A stretch of DNA of 64,000 nt from Planctomycetota bacterium (GCA_965223265.1 OZ244999.1:3872001-3936000), one strand, 5' to 3'. Positions 38,779 to 48,973 are shown, numbered from the stretch's first letter. Notes: generated from the letters alone by a model not told the origin. A program made the numbers and translations.

Positions 38779-39912
38779 GTGACGGTGCTCAAAGTCTTGG
38801 CGGTCGACCCGTATTTAAGTGCGTCGCACCGCGAATTCTTAGAAGGTTATCAACGTTTCTCTAGTCATTCTATTGAGATCTGGTCGCTTTCGCCACGCAA
38901 GTGGAAGTGGCGGATGCGCGGCGCCGCACTCTACTTCGCAGAAAGAGCTCGCCGGCAGCCACCTCAGAATCAACCAGACGTTATGTTGGCAACGGACTTT
39001 CTGCAGCTCGCCGATTGGCGCGCCCTGGCACCGCGCCCACTGAACGATCTACCGACCGCGCTATACTTTCATGAGAATCAGATCACCTACCCGATTTCCC
39101 GCCATGCCACAGTCGAGGCGATGCACGAGTTCGGTTGGATCAATCTCCGATCTGCGCTCGCAGCGGACCGCGTGCTGTTTAACTCAAGCTACCATCGCAA
39201 CTCCTTCCTAAATGCGGTGACGAGCGTTATTGGGCAGATGGCAGACTTTATCCCACGCGAAAGCATCGATTCCCTGGTTGGGGTCTGCGACGTCTTCCCA
39301 GTAGGCCTCGATTTCTCAGAACATCGACGCGTTCTTGGCCGGGTTCCGCCAGCGAATAACGCCTCAGAGCCAACGATCGTGTGGAATCACCGCTGGGAAT
39401 ACGACAAGAATCCAGACCTCATGGTCGCGTGTCTCTCGACGCTAAAGGACCGAGGTACACCGTTTCGACTGATACTCTGCGGTGACGGACGAGACACTGA
39501 GTGCGCGGCGTACCGCCGTGCTGAGGTGGCGCTACGCGATCGTATCGAACACATCGGATTCATCGAGCAGCGCCCGGAGTACCTCCAGACCGTGGCATCG
39601 GGAGACTTCGTGCTGTCGACCGCTCAGCACGATTTCTTTGGTGTCGCCGTCGTTGAAGCGATGTTTTTAGGCTGCTTGCCCGTGTTGCCACACGACCTCA
39701 GCTACCCCGAGATCGTACCGTCGGATCTGCACTCGACGTTCCTCTATCGAGGCGAGGAGGAACTCACCGCACATCTCGACCGCTTGCTACGGTCACCACC
39801 GACTCAGTTCCGACAGGCCATTCGCAACGCTGCGGCGAGATACGACTGGGCGGTGCTCGCACCGCGGATGGACGCCATTCTCGCTGATACCGCAGCGCGT
39901 CGACGTCACTAG
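38779..39912 (+). CDS. DUF3524/GTDC1-like GT-B glycosyltransferase
   Basis: PY..SH, WKWRMRG, YFHENQ, FNS.YH, WNHRWEYDKNP, HDFFG.AV.EA, LSYPE. Confidence 0.88.
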   Translation: MTVLKVLAVDPYLSASHREFLEGYQRFSSHSIEIWSLSPRKWKWRMRGAALYFAERARRQPPQNQPDVMLATDFLQLADWRALAPRPLNDLPTALYFHENQITYPISRHATVEAMHEFGWINLRSALAADRVLFNSSYHRNSFLNAVTSVIGQMADFIPRESIDSLVGVCDVFPVGLDFSEHRRVLGRVPPANNASEPTIVWNHRWEYDKNPDLMVACLSTLKDRGTPFRLILCGDGRDTECAAYRRAEVALRDRIEHIGFIEQRPEYLQTVASGDFVLSTAQHDFFGVAVVEAMFLGCLPVLPHDLSYPEIVPSDLHSTFLYRGEEELTAHLDRLLRSPPTQFRQAIRNAAARYDWAVLAPRMDAILADTAARRRH

Positions 39913-40003
39913 TCTGGTTTTCACTTGCAACCAACGCTGCAGCGCCGCAAGATTCGGATCTTTCGGTGGTCGCACCGCCCGCATTCCTTGGTTCCTGTCG
40001 ACG

Positions 40004-41098
40004 ATGAAACAAGAAGCCACTGTCCAAGAGTTAGCAGACCTCGTAGGCGGCACCGCTACCGGCGCGACTGACCGCCGCATCACCGGTGTGGCGTCGATCC
40101 CTCATGCAAGGCCAGGCGATATCGTATTCGTCGAGCAAGCGCGCTTTCTCGACCAACTCGGCGAGTCGCAAGCGAGCGCCGCGATCGTCTATCAAGGGGC
40201 AAACGTGGACACGCAGATGGCGACGATCGAATCGCCGTTCCCGGCGCTCGCGATGGCGAAAGTCACGGACTTTCTTTACCCGCGTCGACGCCACTTCACG
40301 GAAGTCTCCGCGGCCGCAAACATCGGCGAAAACGTCGAGCTCGAGGCCGGCGTCGGGGTCGCTCCGGGAGTCCACATCGGCGATGGGGCGCACATTGGTG
40401 CCGGAACGGAGATTCATCCGAATGCGACGATCGGCGCCGGAACGAGAATTGGCGCCAACTGTGTCATTTACGCCGGTGTGCATATCTACCACGAGTGCCA
40501 GATCGGCTCACGAGTCATCATTCATAGCGGCGTTGTGCTGGGCGCCGATGGATACGGATTCCTGCAGGAGCCGGTCGCCGACAATCCCGAGGAACCAGTG
40601 CGACACCGAAAGATCCAACAGGTCGGGAACGTTGTCGTCGAGGACGACGTCGAGATCGGAGCGAACACCACGATCGACCGGGCAGCATTCGACGTCACTC
40701 GAATACGTCGCGGCACGAAAATCGATAATCTGGTCATGCTAGGGCACAACACCAGCATCGGCCGCCACTGTCTTTTGGCGGGTCAAACCGGAATCGCAGG
40801 TTCAACGAGCCTTGGCGACTACGTAACGCTTGCTGGGCAAGTCGGGGTCACGGGGCATGTACACATCGGATCGCGTGCGGTTGTTGGTGCCCAATCCGGC
40901 GTCACGGGAAACCTCGACGGATCGAAGACTTACTTGGGGTTCCCGGCTACGGAGATGAGCAGAGCGCGTCGAACCTACGCGACACTGCCTCACCTCCCGG
41001 AGATCAGGAAGCGGGCCAGCGAGCTAGAGCGACGGGTCCGTCGCCTCGAAAAAGAGGCGGGCGTTGAGGTCGACGACAGCGGCACGACCGAAGGCTAA
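40004..41098 (+). CDS. lpxD: UDP-3-O-acylglucosamine N-acyltransferase
   Basis: Hexapeptide repeats, GADGYG, EIGANTTIDR, TKIDNLVMLGHN. Confidence 0.95.
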   Translation: MKQEATVQELADLVGGTATGATDRRITGVASIPHARPGDIVFVEQARFLDQLGESQASAAIVYQGANVDTQMATIESPFPALAMAKVTDFLYPRRRHFTEVSAAANIGENVELEAGVGVAPGVHIGDGAHIGAGTEIHPNATIGAGTRIGANCVIYAGVHIYHECQIGSRVIIHSGVVLGADGYGFLQEPVADNPEEPVRHRKIQQVGNVVVEDDVEIGANTTIDRAAFDVTRIRRGTKIDNLVMLGHNTSIGRHCLLAGQTGIAGSTSLGDYVTLAGQVGVTGHVHIGSRAVVGAQSGVTGNLDGSKTYLGFPATEMSRARRTYATLPHLPEIRKRASELERRVRRLEKEAGVEVDDSGTTEG

Positions 41099-41242
41099 GG
41101 CAGCGTTTGGTCGACGGCGATCAAGCCGCAGTCGTTCAACGGGCGCGCGGGTAATCGGTCGCCTTCTCGCTGAGCAAGCTCCTCTGGCCAGCTCGGCCGG
41201 CGCGAATAGCCGGAACCCGATCTCACACGTTATTGGGAGCTC

Positions 41243-42130
41243 TCACTCGCCGGAAAAGGCATCGCCTTGACGCTCGACCGAACCGAGGCCGTTGAGGAGC
41301 CCGACACTCTCGGTTTCCACTTCGCGTCGTTCCACGGAGGTTTCGCTGCTCGACGACTCGCTCCTCTCCGGTTCTGCTGAGGAGTCACCCGAGCCGTGGG
41401 AAGTCCCACCGCCATCAGGACTCGCTTCCTCTTTCATGCTCATACTGGCGACCAATCGGCGAAACGATTCTGACGCGGCCGTGAACTCCTTCGGTGGGGC
41501 GGAAAGGGTGAGGACCTGTTTCGCCGCGCCGAACTCGAGAAACAGTTTCCGTTCGCGAACGACGGTGCCGTCAAGTGCGTACTCGAAATCGATCTCCCAC
41601 GTTTGCACGTTTTGCCACACGTTTCCGAATCGCTCGCCGTGGAGCCGCATGCGGCTGCGCTGCTTCAACTCGGCTTTCTGGCGTGACGTGAGGCTCCAAA
41701 GCGATTGAGCCGTCGTTAGCTTCTCGACGCAGAATCGTATGTCAGTAGCCTTTTCGTGAAACGCAGTCTTCTCTTCAGTTTCCGATTCTTTGCGCCAACT
41801 CTTGGGCACGGCGAGGCGTAGCTGACGGTTGGTGTCGATCTCGATGACGTGCTCTGACGTGCGCGCACGAGCGTCCTCTCGGACGCCGGCGTTCTCTTCG
41901 TCGCTCACGACGTGTTCCGTTCGCTCGCCGAAGACTCTCTTCACCTGACGGAGCTCAAGCCGCAGTTCGCCGCCTTCGATCGACAGGACAATCGCGTCAC
42001 CGTCTTTCTCGACAAACTCACCTTCGAGAAGATTACCGTTCTTCAGTTCGACCACAACAGTTCCTGTGAGGCCTTCTCCGAAGCCGTCGGATTGAAGCAA
42101 CAAGATGATCGTCAGAAGGATCGTGTTCAA
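41243..42130 (-). CDS. Hypothetical exported protein
   Basis: Signal peptide; VVVELKNGNLLEGE SH3-like start; PsbP-like second half; low-complexity tail. Confidence 0.6.
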   Translation of the reverse strand: MNTILLTIILLLQSDGFGEGLTGTVVVELKNGNLLEGEFVEKDGDAIVLSIEGGELRLELRQVKRVFGERTEHVVSDEENAGVREDARARTSEHVIEIDTNRQLRLAVPKSWRKESETEEKTAFHEKATDIRFCVEKLTTAQSLWSLTSRQKAELKQRSRMRLHGERFGNVWQNVQTWEIDFEYALDGTVVRERKLFLEFGAAKQVLTLSAPPKEFTAASESFRRLVASMSMKEEASPDGGGTSHGSGDSSAEPERSESSSSETSVERREVETESVGLLNGLGSVERQGDAFSGE

Positions 42131-42508
42131 GGGCTACCTCCTCTGACCGAAACCACGGGTCAAGTCGCGCGTTCCGATCCATTGGCGCTCGCGTGCGTCA
42201 TGAAGACACGAGCAAAAACGCCTTCTTCACTTCTTTGGAATGTGTGTGAAAGGCGCGCGGGTCGGTCGCCAGCGCGCCGCCTGCGTGTCGTTAACGCATT
42301 CTCCCTTTTCGGAGGAAGCGTTCACAATCCTGAACGTTCCACGTGCCGGCGTTGAGGAACGCCCCAGGAGGCACTCCGATAACCTCCACATGGCCTACTT
42401 CGCCCGGCTCGCGCTCCGACAGGCTTCCCTTCACCTGCGTTTGGTGGTGCAATGGTCCCTGGAGTCGCCTGTTCCAACTTGTGCTGAACGCTTCGCCGAA
42501 TCAACCGA

Positions 42509-43792
42509 ATGTTACGACCAGGTTTTGGAGCGCCCGAGGCTGTCTTCGTCGCCTGCGCGGTTCTCTTATCTCGTGGGGAAGTCCATGGCCAGTCTCGCCC
42601 GCTTAAGGCAAGTTCGAGTGTCGATGAGCGAATCGAATCGGCCCGAGAGGCGCTGTGTGGCGGCGATGTGAAGTCGGCCGCAGAATGGCTTGCACCCATT
42701 TTCGAGCGCCGGGCAGAGAACCGTCTCGACGCACGCCAGGAGACCGAGGCGCATCTTCTCTGGGGCACGATCTTGTTGACCCAAGAAGATCCGGAAGCCG
42801 CGCTCGTACACCTACAGAAAGCTCTGCGCGGCAACGCGGAATTTCGTCACGAGACAGCTGCGACAGCGGTGGAGGCCGCGCTCGCGATAGGGGACACACA
42901 GTCGGCCCGAGAAGTGCTCGACTCCATTCCAGGCGCATCGACCAAGTCATGGTCCCTTCGGCTCGTCGGCCATGTCGATTTGGCGGCAGGAAACTCCTCG
43001 GACGCGATCAAATCATTCGAGGCGAGTTTTCGCCTCGAGCCGTCCGCAGACGCGGCGCTGCAGCTCGGCATGCTTCGCTACGAAGCTCTTGACCTCCCGG
43101 CTGCGCGCCTCTGGTTCGATGCCGCGCTGCACCACGATCCGCGTTCGTACTACGCCCGCGTCTTTCGAGCACGCGTCGCTCTGCAGCTCGGAGATCTTGG
43201 CAGCTGCGCATCCGACGCTGAGATACTCATCGAGGAGTTCGAAACCCCAGAAGCTCTAACACTCGCTGGACGAGTCGCCCAACGCAAAAAGGAATGGTCA
43301 AACGCAGCGGCGATGTTTCGACGCGCCCTGAAGATCGAGCCGCGCAATCTCGAGGCGCGATTCGGACTAGCGACATCGCTCCGTCGTCTTGCCGACGATG
43401 ACGCTGGCGAAGAGTTCGCAAGATTCCGGCGACAGCAGCGCCAAGACTCCGAAACCCGCCGCCGACTCGAATCTGCCGAGCAGCTCCTCCTCCGTGAGCC
43501 GCAGAGAGTCGAGCTCCATCTGAACATCGCACAATCCGCCCTCGAGATCGGAGACATGCAGAAAGCGGAGAGCCACGCCTGGGCCGCAGTGCGGTCAAAT
43601 CGTCACTCCAGAGAGCCCCGTTTCTTTCTCGCAGCCACACTCCGAAAACAAGGGAGGTACCGTGCGGCATCGGTTCAGTACCAACGAATCCTCGTAGAAC
43701 ATCCGGATGACCCTCAAGCCCGCGCTCTTCTCAAGGATTTGATCGACCGGCATAGTCGACCCAGCACCAGACGAGACGTCCAGCAAAAGTGA
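42509..43792 (+). CDS. TPR-repeat protein
   Basis: Multiple TPR units (AL..EP.N..AR..LA); GTGA overlap with the next gene; start uncertain. Confidence 0.8.
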   Translation: MLRPGFGAPEAVFVACAVLLSRGEVHGQSRPLKASSSVDERIESAREALCGGDVKSAAEWLAPIFERRAENRLDARQETEAHLLWGTILLTQEDPEAALVHLQKALRGNAEFRHETAATAVEAALAIGDTQSAREVLDSIPGASTKSWSLRLVGHVDLAAGNSSDAIKSFEASFRLEPSADAALQLGMLRYEALDLPAARLWFDAALHHDPRSYYARVFRARVALQLGDLGSCASDAEILIEEFETPEALTLAGRVAQRKKEWSNAAAMFRRALKIEPRNLEARFGLATSLRRLADDDAGEEFARFRRQQRQDSETRRRLESAEQLLLREPQRVELHLNIAQSALEIGDMQKAESHAWAAVRSNRHSREPRFFLAATLRKQGRYRAASVQYQRILVEHPDDPQARALLKDLIDRHSRPSTRRDVQQK

Positions 43793-45576
43793 ATCGCTCG
43801 CCACGCCACCGCCGCCTCGTATCGAGGAGATTCCGACCGCCGCGAGCGGCGCACCTGCAATTGGCGGCGGTCTCTCTCCTCCCGTTGCTGCTGGGTTGTA
43901 CCCGTTCCACACCGGATGCGGAGTCAACTCGCCGGGCTCCCGGGACATCAGGAAAACAGCCGGACTCGGTCGAACGTGTGGCGTTCGTCGACATCGCGCC
44001 GGCGGTAGGAATCACGACACGGCTCGTCTGCGGCGACGAGCAAAAACTGCACATCATCGAGAACTTGGGCGTCGGGTGTGCTCTTTTTGACGCGAACAAA
44101 GACGGCCTTCTCGACGTTTACCTCGCTAATGCCGGCACCGTGACATCTTCCGAACTCGTGCCGGGACCTGGATGTGCCTATTACGAGCGCAGAAGCGACG
44201 GTTCGTATGCAAACCTTACGGCATCCTCGGGCTTGGGGTTTGCCGGTTGGGCGACAGGAGTCGCCGTCGGAGACATCGACAACGACGGCGATGCAGATCT
44301 GCTGCAAGCGTGCGTCGGTCGCAATCTTCTCTACCTCAACGACGGAGGCGGGCGGTTTCGTGAGGTGGGGCGCGAGTTCGGCCTTGTCGGCGAAGACTGT
44401 AGCACCAGCGTCGCATTTTTCGACTACGACCGAGATGGGTTCGTCGACCTTTACGTAACGAACTACGTCCTGTTCGATTTCGCCTCCCTGCCCAACGACG
44501 GCAAGCCGTGCTTAACCAAGAGCGTGCCGACTTCGTGCGGGCCTAGTTTCTACGAGCCCGCGCCCGACCGGCTGTTTCGCAACGTCTCGGGACAGCGTTT
44601 CGAAGACGTCTCGGACCGGCTCGGGATCGCCTCCGTCGAGCCAAGCTACGGACTTGGGCTAGTGTCCCAAGACTTCAACGACGATGGCTTCGTCGATGTC
44701 TACGTGGCGAACGACGGGCAAGCGAACTTCCTGTGGATGAATCGGCAGGCGCGAATCTTCGAGGAAACCGGCCTGCTCGCCGGCGTCGCGCTCGGCGAAG
44801 CTGGACGCGGGCAGGCGGGAATGGGAGTGGACGCGGCCGACGTTGATCACAATGGCCTTCCCGATCTCTTCGTGACGAACTTTGCCGAGGAGTATTTCGC
44901 ATACTACACGAATCAAGGCGAGGAACTCTTCGAGGACGCATCGCACGCAGCCGGTTTCGCCGCAGCGACCTATCACCATCTCGGCTGGGGCGTTCGGTGG
45001 ATCGATCTGACGAACGATTCGCTCTGCGATCTCATCGTCGCCAATGGTCACGTCTACCCGCAGGCCGATAGCATCTTTCCGAGGTCTCCATTCCGCCAGC
45101 CCCTGATCGCTTTTGTGCAGCGACCTGGAGGCAGCTTCGAGCAGCTGGCAGCCGGTCCGAACACCTGGCTACAGCAGCGGGCTGCCTACAGATCCATCGC
45201 TTCAGGCGACATCGACAACGATGGTGACATGGACCTCCTGGTTACGGTAATTGATGGCGTACCGCTGCTGCTCGAAAACCGCACGCAGCCGCACCAGCAC
45301 TGGACCCGCATACACCTGCAAGGGCGTCGTTCGAACCGCGAAGCCGTGGGCTCGAAGCTGATGCTGAGCGTCGACGGCACACCACGCCACATTCAAGTGA
45401 CACGCAGCGGCAGCTACTTGAGTGCCAGTGACGTGCGAGTGCACGTCGGCCTCGGCGCGGCAACGGCGTCCGGCCCGGTGGTGGTCCGCTGGCCAGACGG
45501 TACCGAAGAGGAGTTCCCGGGCGCACCTGCCGACCGCGAGCGGATGATCATCGAGGGCACTGGTCGCCGCCGCTAG
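43789..45576 (+). CDS. CRTAC1-family FG-GAP repeat/ASPIC-UnbV lipoprotein
   Basis: LLGC lipobox; repeated DxDxDGxxDL; AGMGVD; SNR.AVG, SYLSASD..VH.GLG, VRWP.G. Confidence 0.92.
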   Translation: MNRSPRHRRLVSRRFRPPRAAHLQLAAVSLLPLLLGCTRSTPDAESTRRAPGTSGKQPDSVERVAFVDIAPAVGITTRLVCGDEQKLHIIENLGVGCALFDANKDGLLDVYLANAGTVTSSELVPGPGCAYYERRSDGSYANLTASSGLGFAGWATGVAVGDIDNDGDADLLQACVGRNLLYLNDGGGRFREVGREFGLVGEDCSTSVAFFDYDRDGFVDLYVTNYVLFDFASLPNDGKPCLTKSVPTSCGPSFYEPAPDRLFRNVSGQRFEDVSDRLGIASVEPSYGLGLVSQDFNDDGFVDVYVANDGQANFLWMNRQARIFEETGLLAGVALGEAGRGQAGMGVDAADVDHNGLPDLFVTNFAEEYFAYYTNQGEELFEDASHAAGFAAATYHHLGWGVRWIDLTNDSLCDLIVANGHVYPQADSIFPRSPFRQPLIAFVQRPGGSFEQLAAGPNTWLQQRAAYRSIASGDIDNDGDMDLLVTVIDGVPLLLENRTQPHQHWTRIHLQGRRSNREAVGSKLMLSVDGTPRHIQVTRSGSYLSASDVRVHVGLGAATASGPVVVRWPDGTEEEFPGAPADRERMIIEGTGRRR

Positions 45577-45901
45577 CGCTAGCTGCGGTCGCCCCCGGAT
45601 TGTCGTCAACCGCCGCAAAAACGGTAGAGTTCACATGTCGGTGAACGGGCACGATGCGTCGATCGGCTGAAGAATTCTTCGAGAACTCGCCCTGCGGCCA
45701 CCCTCAACAGCCGCTCAAAAGTCATTCGGCCGAGTCCAGCGGGGTCTCGATGCCGGAGAGGGGAGTATCGAAGCCCTGCTTGCCCTTCTTGCGCGCGACA
45801 ACGCTCCTCGAAACTCGTCTCGGCGGCCAAAGTTCGAGCGAAGGAATCCCTTGCCGGGCTCGCACGCGCACCCAGCGCCTGAGCCTTGTCTCAACAGGCG
45901 G

Positions 45902-46819
45902 TCAACCGTCTTCAGCGCTGCGGATCCCCGCGGCGTCGAGAATCGCGTCCAGCTGCGCCGCGACTTCCTCGCCCACGGCACGGAGGGGGCGTCGCGGCGG
46001 GCCAGCCCGATACCCAAGGCGCTCAAGTGCGTACTTTAGCCCGGCGACACCGAAACGTGAGGTCACCGCCGCATTCAGCTCAAGCAAGCGAAAGTGAAGC
46101 TCACGCGCTGCGGGCAAGTCACCTGCGCGCACAGCCTCACAAAGTCGAACGCAGAGGCGCGGAGCAACCCCAGCAAGCGCCACAATGCCGCCGTCAGCGC
46201 CCATCGCCGCGGCATAGAGCAGCTGATGCCCCGACCCCGCATAGACACGGAACGCGTCGCTGCGATCACGCGTCAGGCGGGCGAGCAGCATCATGTCCCC
46301 GGAGGTGTCTTTGATGCCGATGACGTTTTCGTGGCGCGATAGGCGCTGCACCAGACCAGCAGAGAAAACGACGGGCGCAAACTTTGGCACGTGGTAAAGG
46401 ATCACCGGAAGCTCCGCTGCGTCGGCAACGCGCTCATAGTACTCGGCGACGACCGACTCAGTCATGCCGCCCAAGAAGTAGGAGGGAGGCACGACCAACA
46501 CTGCGTCGCACCCGCAGCCCGCGGCCCGCTGCGTGAGCTCGAGTGTCTCACGCAAAGACTGCCGCCCGGTCCCGGCGATCACCAATTTGCCCGGCGCGCG
46601 AGCCGTGACAGCGCACTCGAAGCAGGCTTCCGCCTCATCTGCGGTGAGATGGACCCCTTCGCCATTCGATCCGAGGACGACGTAGCCGGCGAGGCCCGTG
46701 GCGTTCCAGCGTTCGATGTTCTGCTGCAGCCCGTCAATGTCAACACGCTCGTCCTCGTGCAACGGCGTCACAATCGGCGGGAACACTCCGGCGCCAAGAC
46801 TCATTCGTTCCTCCCGCAA
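45902..46819 (-). CDS. Dihydrodipicolinate synthase family lyase (4-hydroxy-2-oxoglutarate aldolase-like)
   Basis: GVFPPIVTP, GSNGE, P.ILY.VP, H.N..GIKDT. Confidence 0.88.
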   Translation of the reverse strand: MREERMSLGAGVFPPIVTPLHEDERVDIDGLQQNIERWNATGLAGYVVLGSNGEGVHLTADEAEACFECAVTARAPGKLVIAGTGRQSLRETLELTQRAAGCGCDAVLVVPPSYFLGGMTESVVAEYYERVADAAELPVILYHVPKFAPVVFSAGLVQRLSRHENVIGIKDTSGDMMLLARLTRDRSDAFRVYAGSGHQLLYAAAMGADGGIVALAGVAPRLCVRLCEAVRAGDLPAARELHFRLLELNAAVTSRFGVAGLKYALERLGYRAGPPRRPLRAVGEEVAAQLDAILDAAGIRSAEDG

Positions 46820-46834
46820 CCTGCGGTCGTGCGC

Positions 46835-48052
46835 TCAGTGGGTCGCGGGCACCACGACTCGATCGGCTAATCGTCCTATCGGCGGCAGCTCCCCGAGAAG
46901 TGGCAAAGCGTAGTCACGAAAGCTCGCCGCGATGTTGTTTCCTTCGGGAGCGACAAACTCCTGCGGTAGGCTTCTCGTGTTACGGGCAACATTGCTCAGC
47001 TCGGTCATCTCGTAGCGCACGGAATACTCAGCTCCAGGCTCGCGAATGATGACAACTGAACCGCTCTCGACGCGTCCCTCAGCAAGTGACTCGACAGCAA
47101 ATCTCCCGACGTCGCGTGCCTCGCGCGCGTCGACCTCAGAATGCATGCCAGGAAAACAGCGCTGGAGGTAACCGAACGTGTCTGCCCTCACCCGCGACGC
47201 GCCGACTCGCTTCTTCACCTGTTCAGCCAAAAAGTCGCCAAGGGCACCACTCCCTGAAAGCTGCACGTTGCCGTGAGAGTCGACCTCGCCAGTCGAGAAA
47301 ACGGGCGCGCCGTGACGATCACGGATGCCTTCGGAAACGGCCACGACGCAGCGCCCATGCTGATGGAGCACCCGAGCAACGTCGGAGCAAAACGCTTCCA
47401 CATCGAATTCCGCTTCAGGTACGTAGATCAGATGCGGTCCGTCATCTTCATGCTGGCGTCCAAGACTGGTCGCGGCCGTCAGGAATCCCGCATGCCGCCC
47501 CATGATCACGTCGATCTTGACGCCGCCGAGCGCGCGGTTGTCGAGATTGTCACCCATGAGAGCCATGGCGACGAAGCGCGCGGCCGAACCGAACCCGGGG
47601 CAGTGGTCCGTGACGAGCAAATCGTTGTCGATCGTCTTCGGGATATGAGCGACGCGAAAGTCATACCCCGCCTTGCGCGCCAATGAATCGACCAGGTGAG
47701 CTGTCTCCGCGCTATCGTTGCCGCCGATATAGAAGAAGTAACGAATGTCGTGCTTCTGAAAAATCCTGAAGATCCGCTCACACTCTTCGGCTTTGGGTTT
47801 CTTGCGGACCGAACCGAGGGCAGCGGACGGCGTCACCGCGACAGCCTCGAGCTCTGCGTCGCTCTGCGCCCCGAGGTCAATCAGCTCCTGCGCCAAAATG
47901 CCGCGGACTCCATGGCGCGCGCCATAGAAACCTGTGATCACATCGCCGAATTGCCGACTTGCCTGGACGGCGCCAACAAGACTCTGGTTGATCACGCAGG
48001 TCGGCCCGCCCGATTGGCCAATCAGCGCTTTTCCTACCAGACGACTAGTCAT
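46835..48052 (-). CDS. Pyrophosphate-dependent 6-phosphofructokinase
   Basis: QSGGP, GGNDS (Asp), PKTIDNDL (Lys), MGRHAG, GYLQR; the Asp/Lys pair indicates PPi specificity. Confidence 0.88.
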   Translation of the reverse strand: MTSRLVGKALIGQSGGPTCVINQSLVGAVQASRQFGDVITGFYGARHGVRGILAQELIDLGAQSDAELEAVAVTPSAALGSVRKKPKAEECERIFRIFQKHDIRYFFYIGGNDSAETAHLVDSLARKAGYDFRVAHIPKTIDNDLLVTDHCPGFGSAARFVAMALMGDNLDNRALGGVKIDVIMGRHAGFLTAATSLGRQHEDDGPHLIYVPEAEFDVEAFCSDVARVLHQHGRCVVAVSEGIRDRHGAPVFSTGEVDSHGNVQLSGSGALGDFLAEQVKKRVGASRVRADTFGYLQRCFPGMHSEVDAREARDVGRFAVESLAEGRVESGSVVIIREPGAEYSVRYEMTELSNVARNTRSLPQEFVAPEGNNIAASFRDYALPLLGELPPIGRLADRVVVPATH

Positions 48053-48387
48053 TTGTGTCCTCGAGATGACTGGATAGAATCCGGGTGCAGACCAACTCTT
48101 TTACCAGATGATCGTGACCCGGGAAAGCTTCGGGATGCGCGCAGCGACCACACACGACGCAAGCGCGCAGATTATGGCCAGAACGGGATGTTGCCAGAAA
48201 ACCGGGCAAAAACCAGCCATTCAATCTAAGTTCTTGTATTTTTGGATGATAGAACCGCGCCGCACATCAAGCCAGCGCTGAATGCATGGATTCTGCCCAC
48301 TTGCGACCATCGAGCGGATGACCACCCCTCCGCCGTAATCGCTGACATCTAAACCACTTGGGACATCTGAATGTTTTCTGCAGCAAA

Positions 48388-48403
48388 TGGAACAATGCTT
48401 GCA
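48388..48403 (+). promoter_or_regulatory. Sigma54 (-24/-12) promoter
   Basis: TGGAAC-AATGC-TTGCA with exact GG-N10-GC spacing. Confidence 0.6.
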
Positions 48404-48413
48404 TATCGGACCT

Positions 48414-48621
48414 CACAGCAGCAAAAGAGTCCATGAGAGCGCCGCAAGGCGCGGAGTAAGAAAAAGGAAATCGGAGGGGTAACCTACGAAAGGGTAGGGT
48501 TGGGGTTGGGTATTCTCTCTTTGAGGGAGTTTGGGAGGGAAAGCAGATACCCATTTCTCCTTTTACTTGCTTCATTTCTTACGGAAGGGCGCCAGAAAAG
48601 ACGGTCTGGCGTCCTTTTTTT
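48414..48621 (+). ncRNA. Candidate structured small RNA 1
   Basis: Lies between the sigma54 promoter and a terminator; GCGCC-GCAA-GGCGC GNRA hairpin, nested stems, no ORF on this strand; 5' end is an estimate. Confidence 0.5.
48585..48621 (+). terminator. Rho-independent terminator
   Basis: AAGGGCGCCAGA/TCTGGCGTCCTT stem ending in T7. Confidence 0.8.
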
Positions 48622-48936
48622 GTGGGCTCGTCCAGCCGGCTCGTGGAGCGTTGTGAGTTTTTTGTTGCGCACCCCACGATTTGCCCCTAGGATGGCGCTA
48701 TCGATGTGCGTAGGGCCAACAGGCCCCTAAGATCGTGAGTTTTTAGGGAGACCTCTTGGCGCGCCGGGCGGCATTCATGCCGGCTTCCGCGGGTTCCGTT
48801 GGTTCCCAGTTCGGTTCCATGCTGGGGAGAGAACGGGGAAGTCCAGGGAAGCGTGGAACACCTGGCGGGTGAACGCTCATCGCGCGATGGCAGTTCGATA
48901 GACTCAAAGCTTTTTCATTTTTTCTCCTCGTTTGTG

Positions 48937-48973
48937 CCCCCTCGCCGTGGATCCTGCGCGAGGGGGTTTTTTT
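48937..48973 (+). terminator. Rho-independent terminator
   Basis: CCCCCTCGC/GCGAGGGGG stem plus T7. Confidence 0.8.

Noticed and set aside
45902-46819. True dapA
   Set aside because: GSNGE instead of GTTGE and the overall pattern fit the HOGA-like branch of the family, so no gene symbol is assigned.
48476-48510. c-di-GMP-I riboswitch suggested by the GAAA-capped hairpin
   Set aside because: It lacks the following GCAAAG/P3 consensus and has no downstream gene on that strand.
48267-48575. 102-aa minus-strand ORF in the intergenic region
   Set aside because: Its composition and codon pattern are unlike neighbouring genes and it has no motifs; the promoter and terminator signals favour a + strand RNA.
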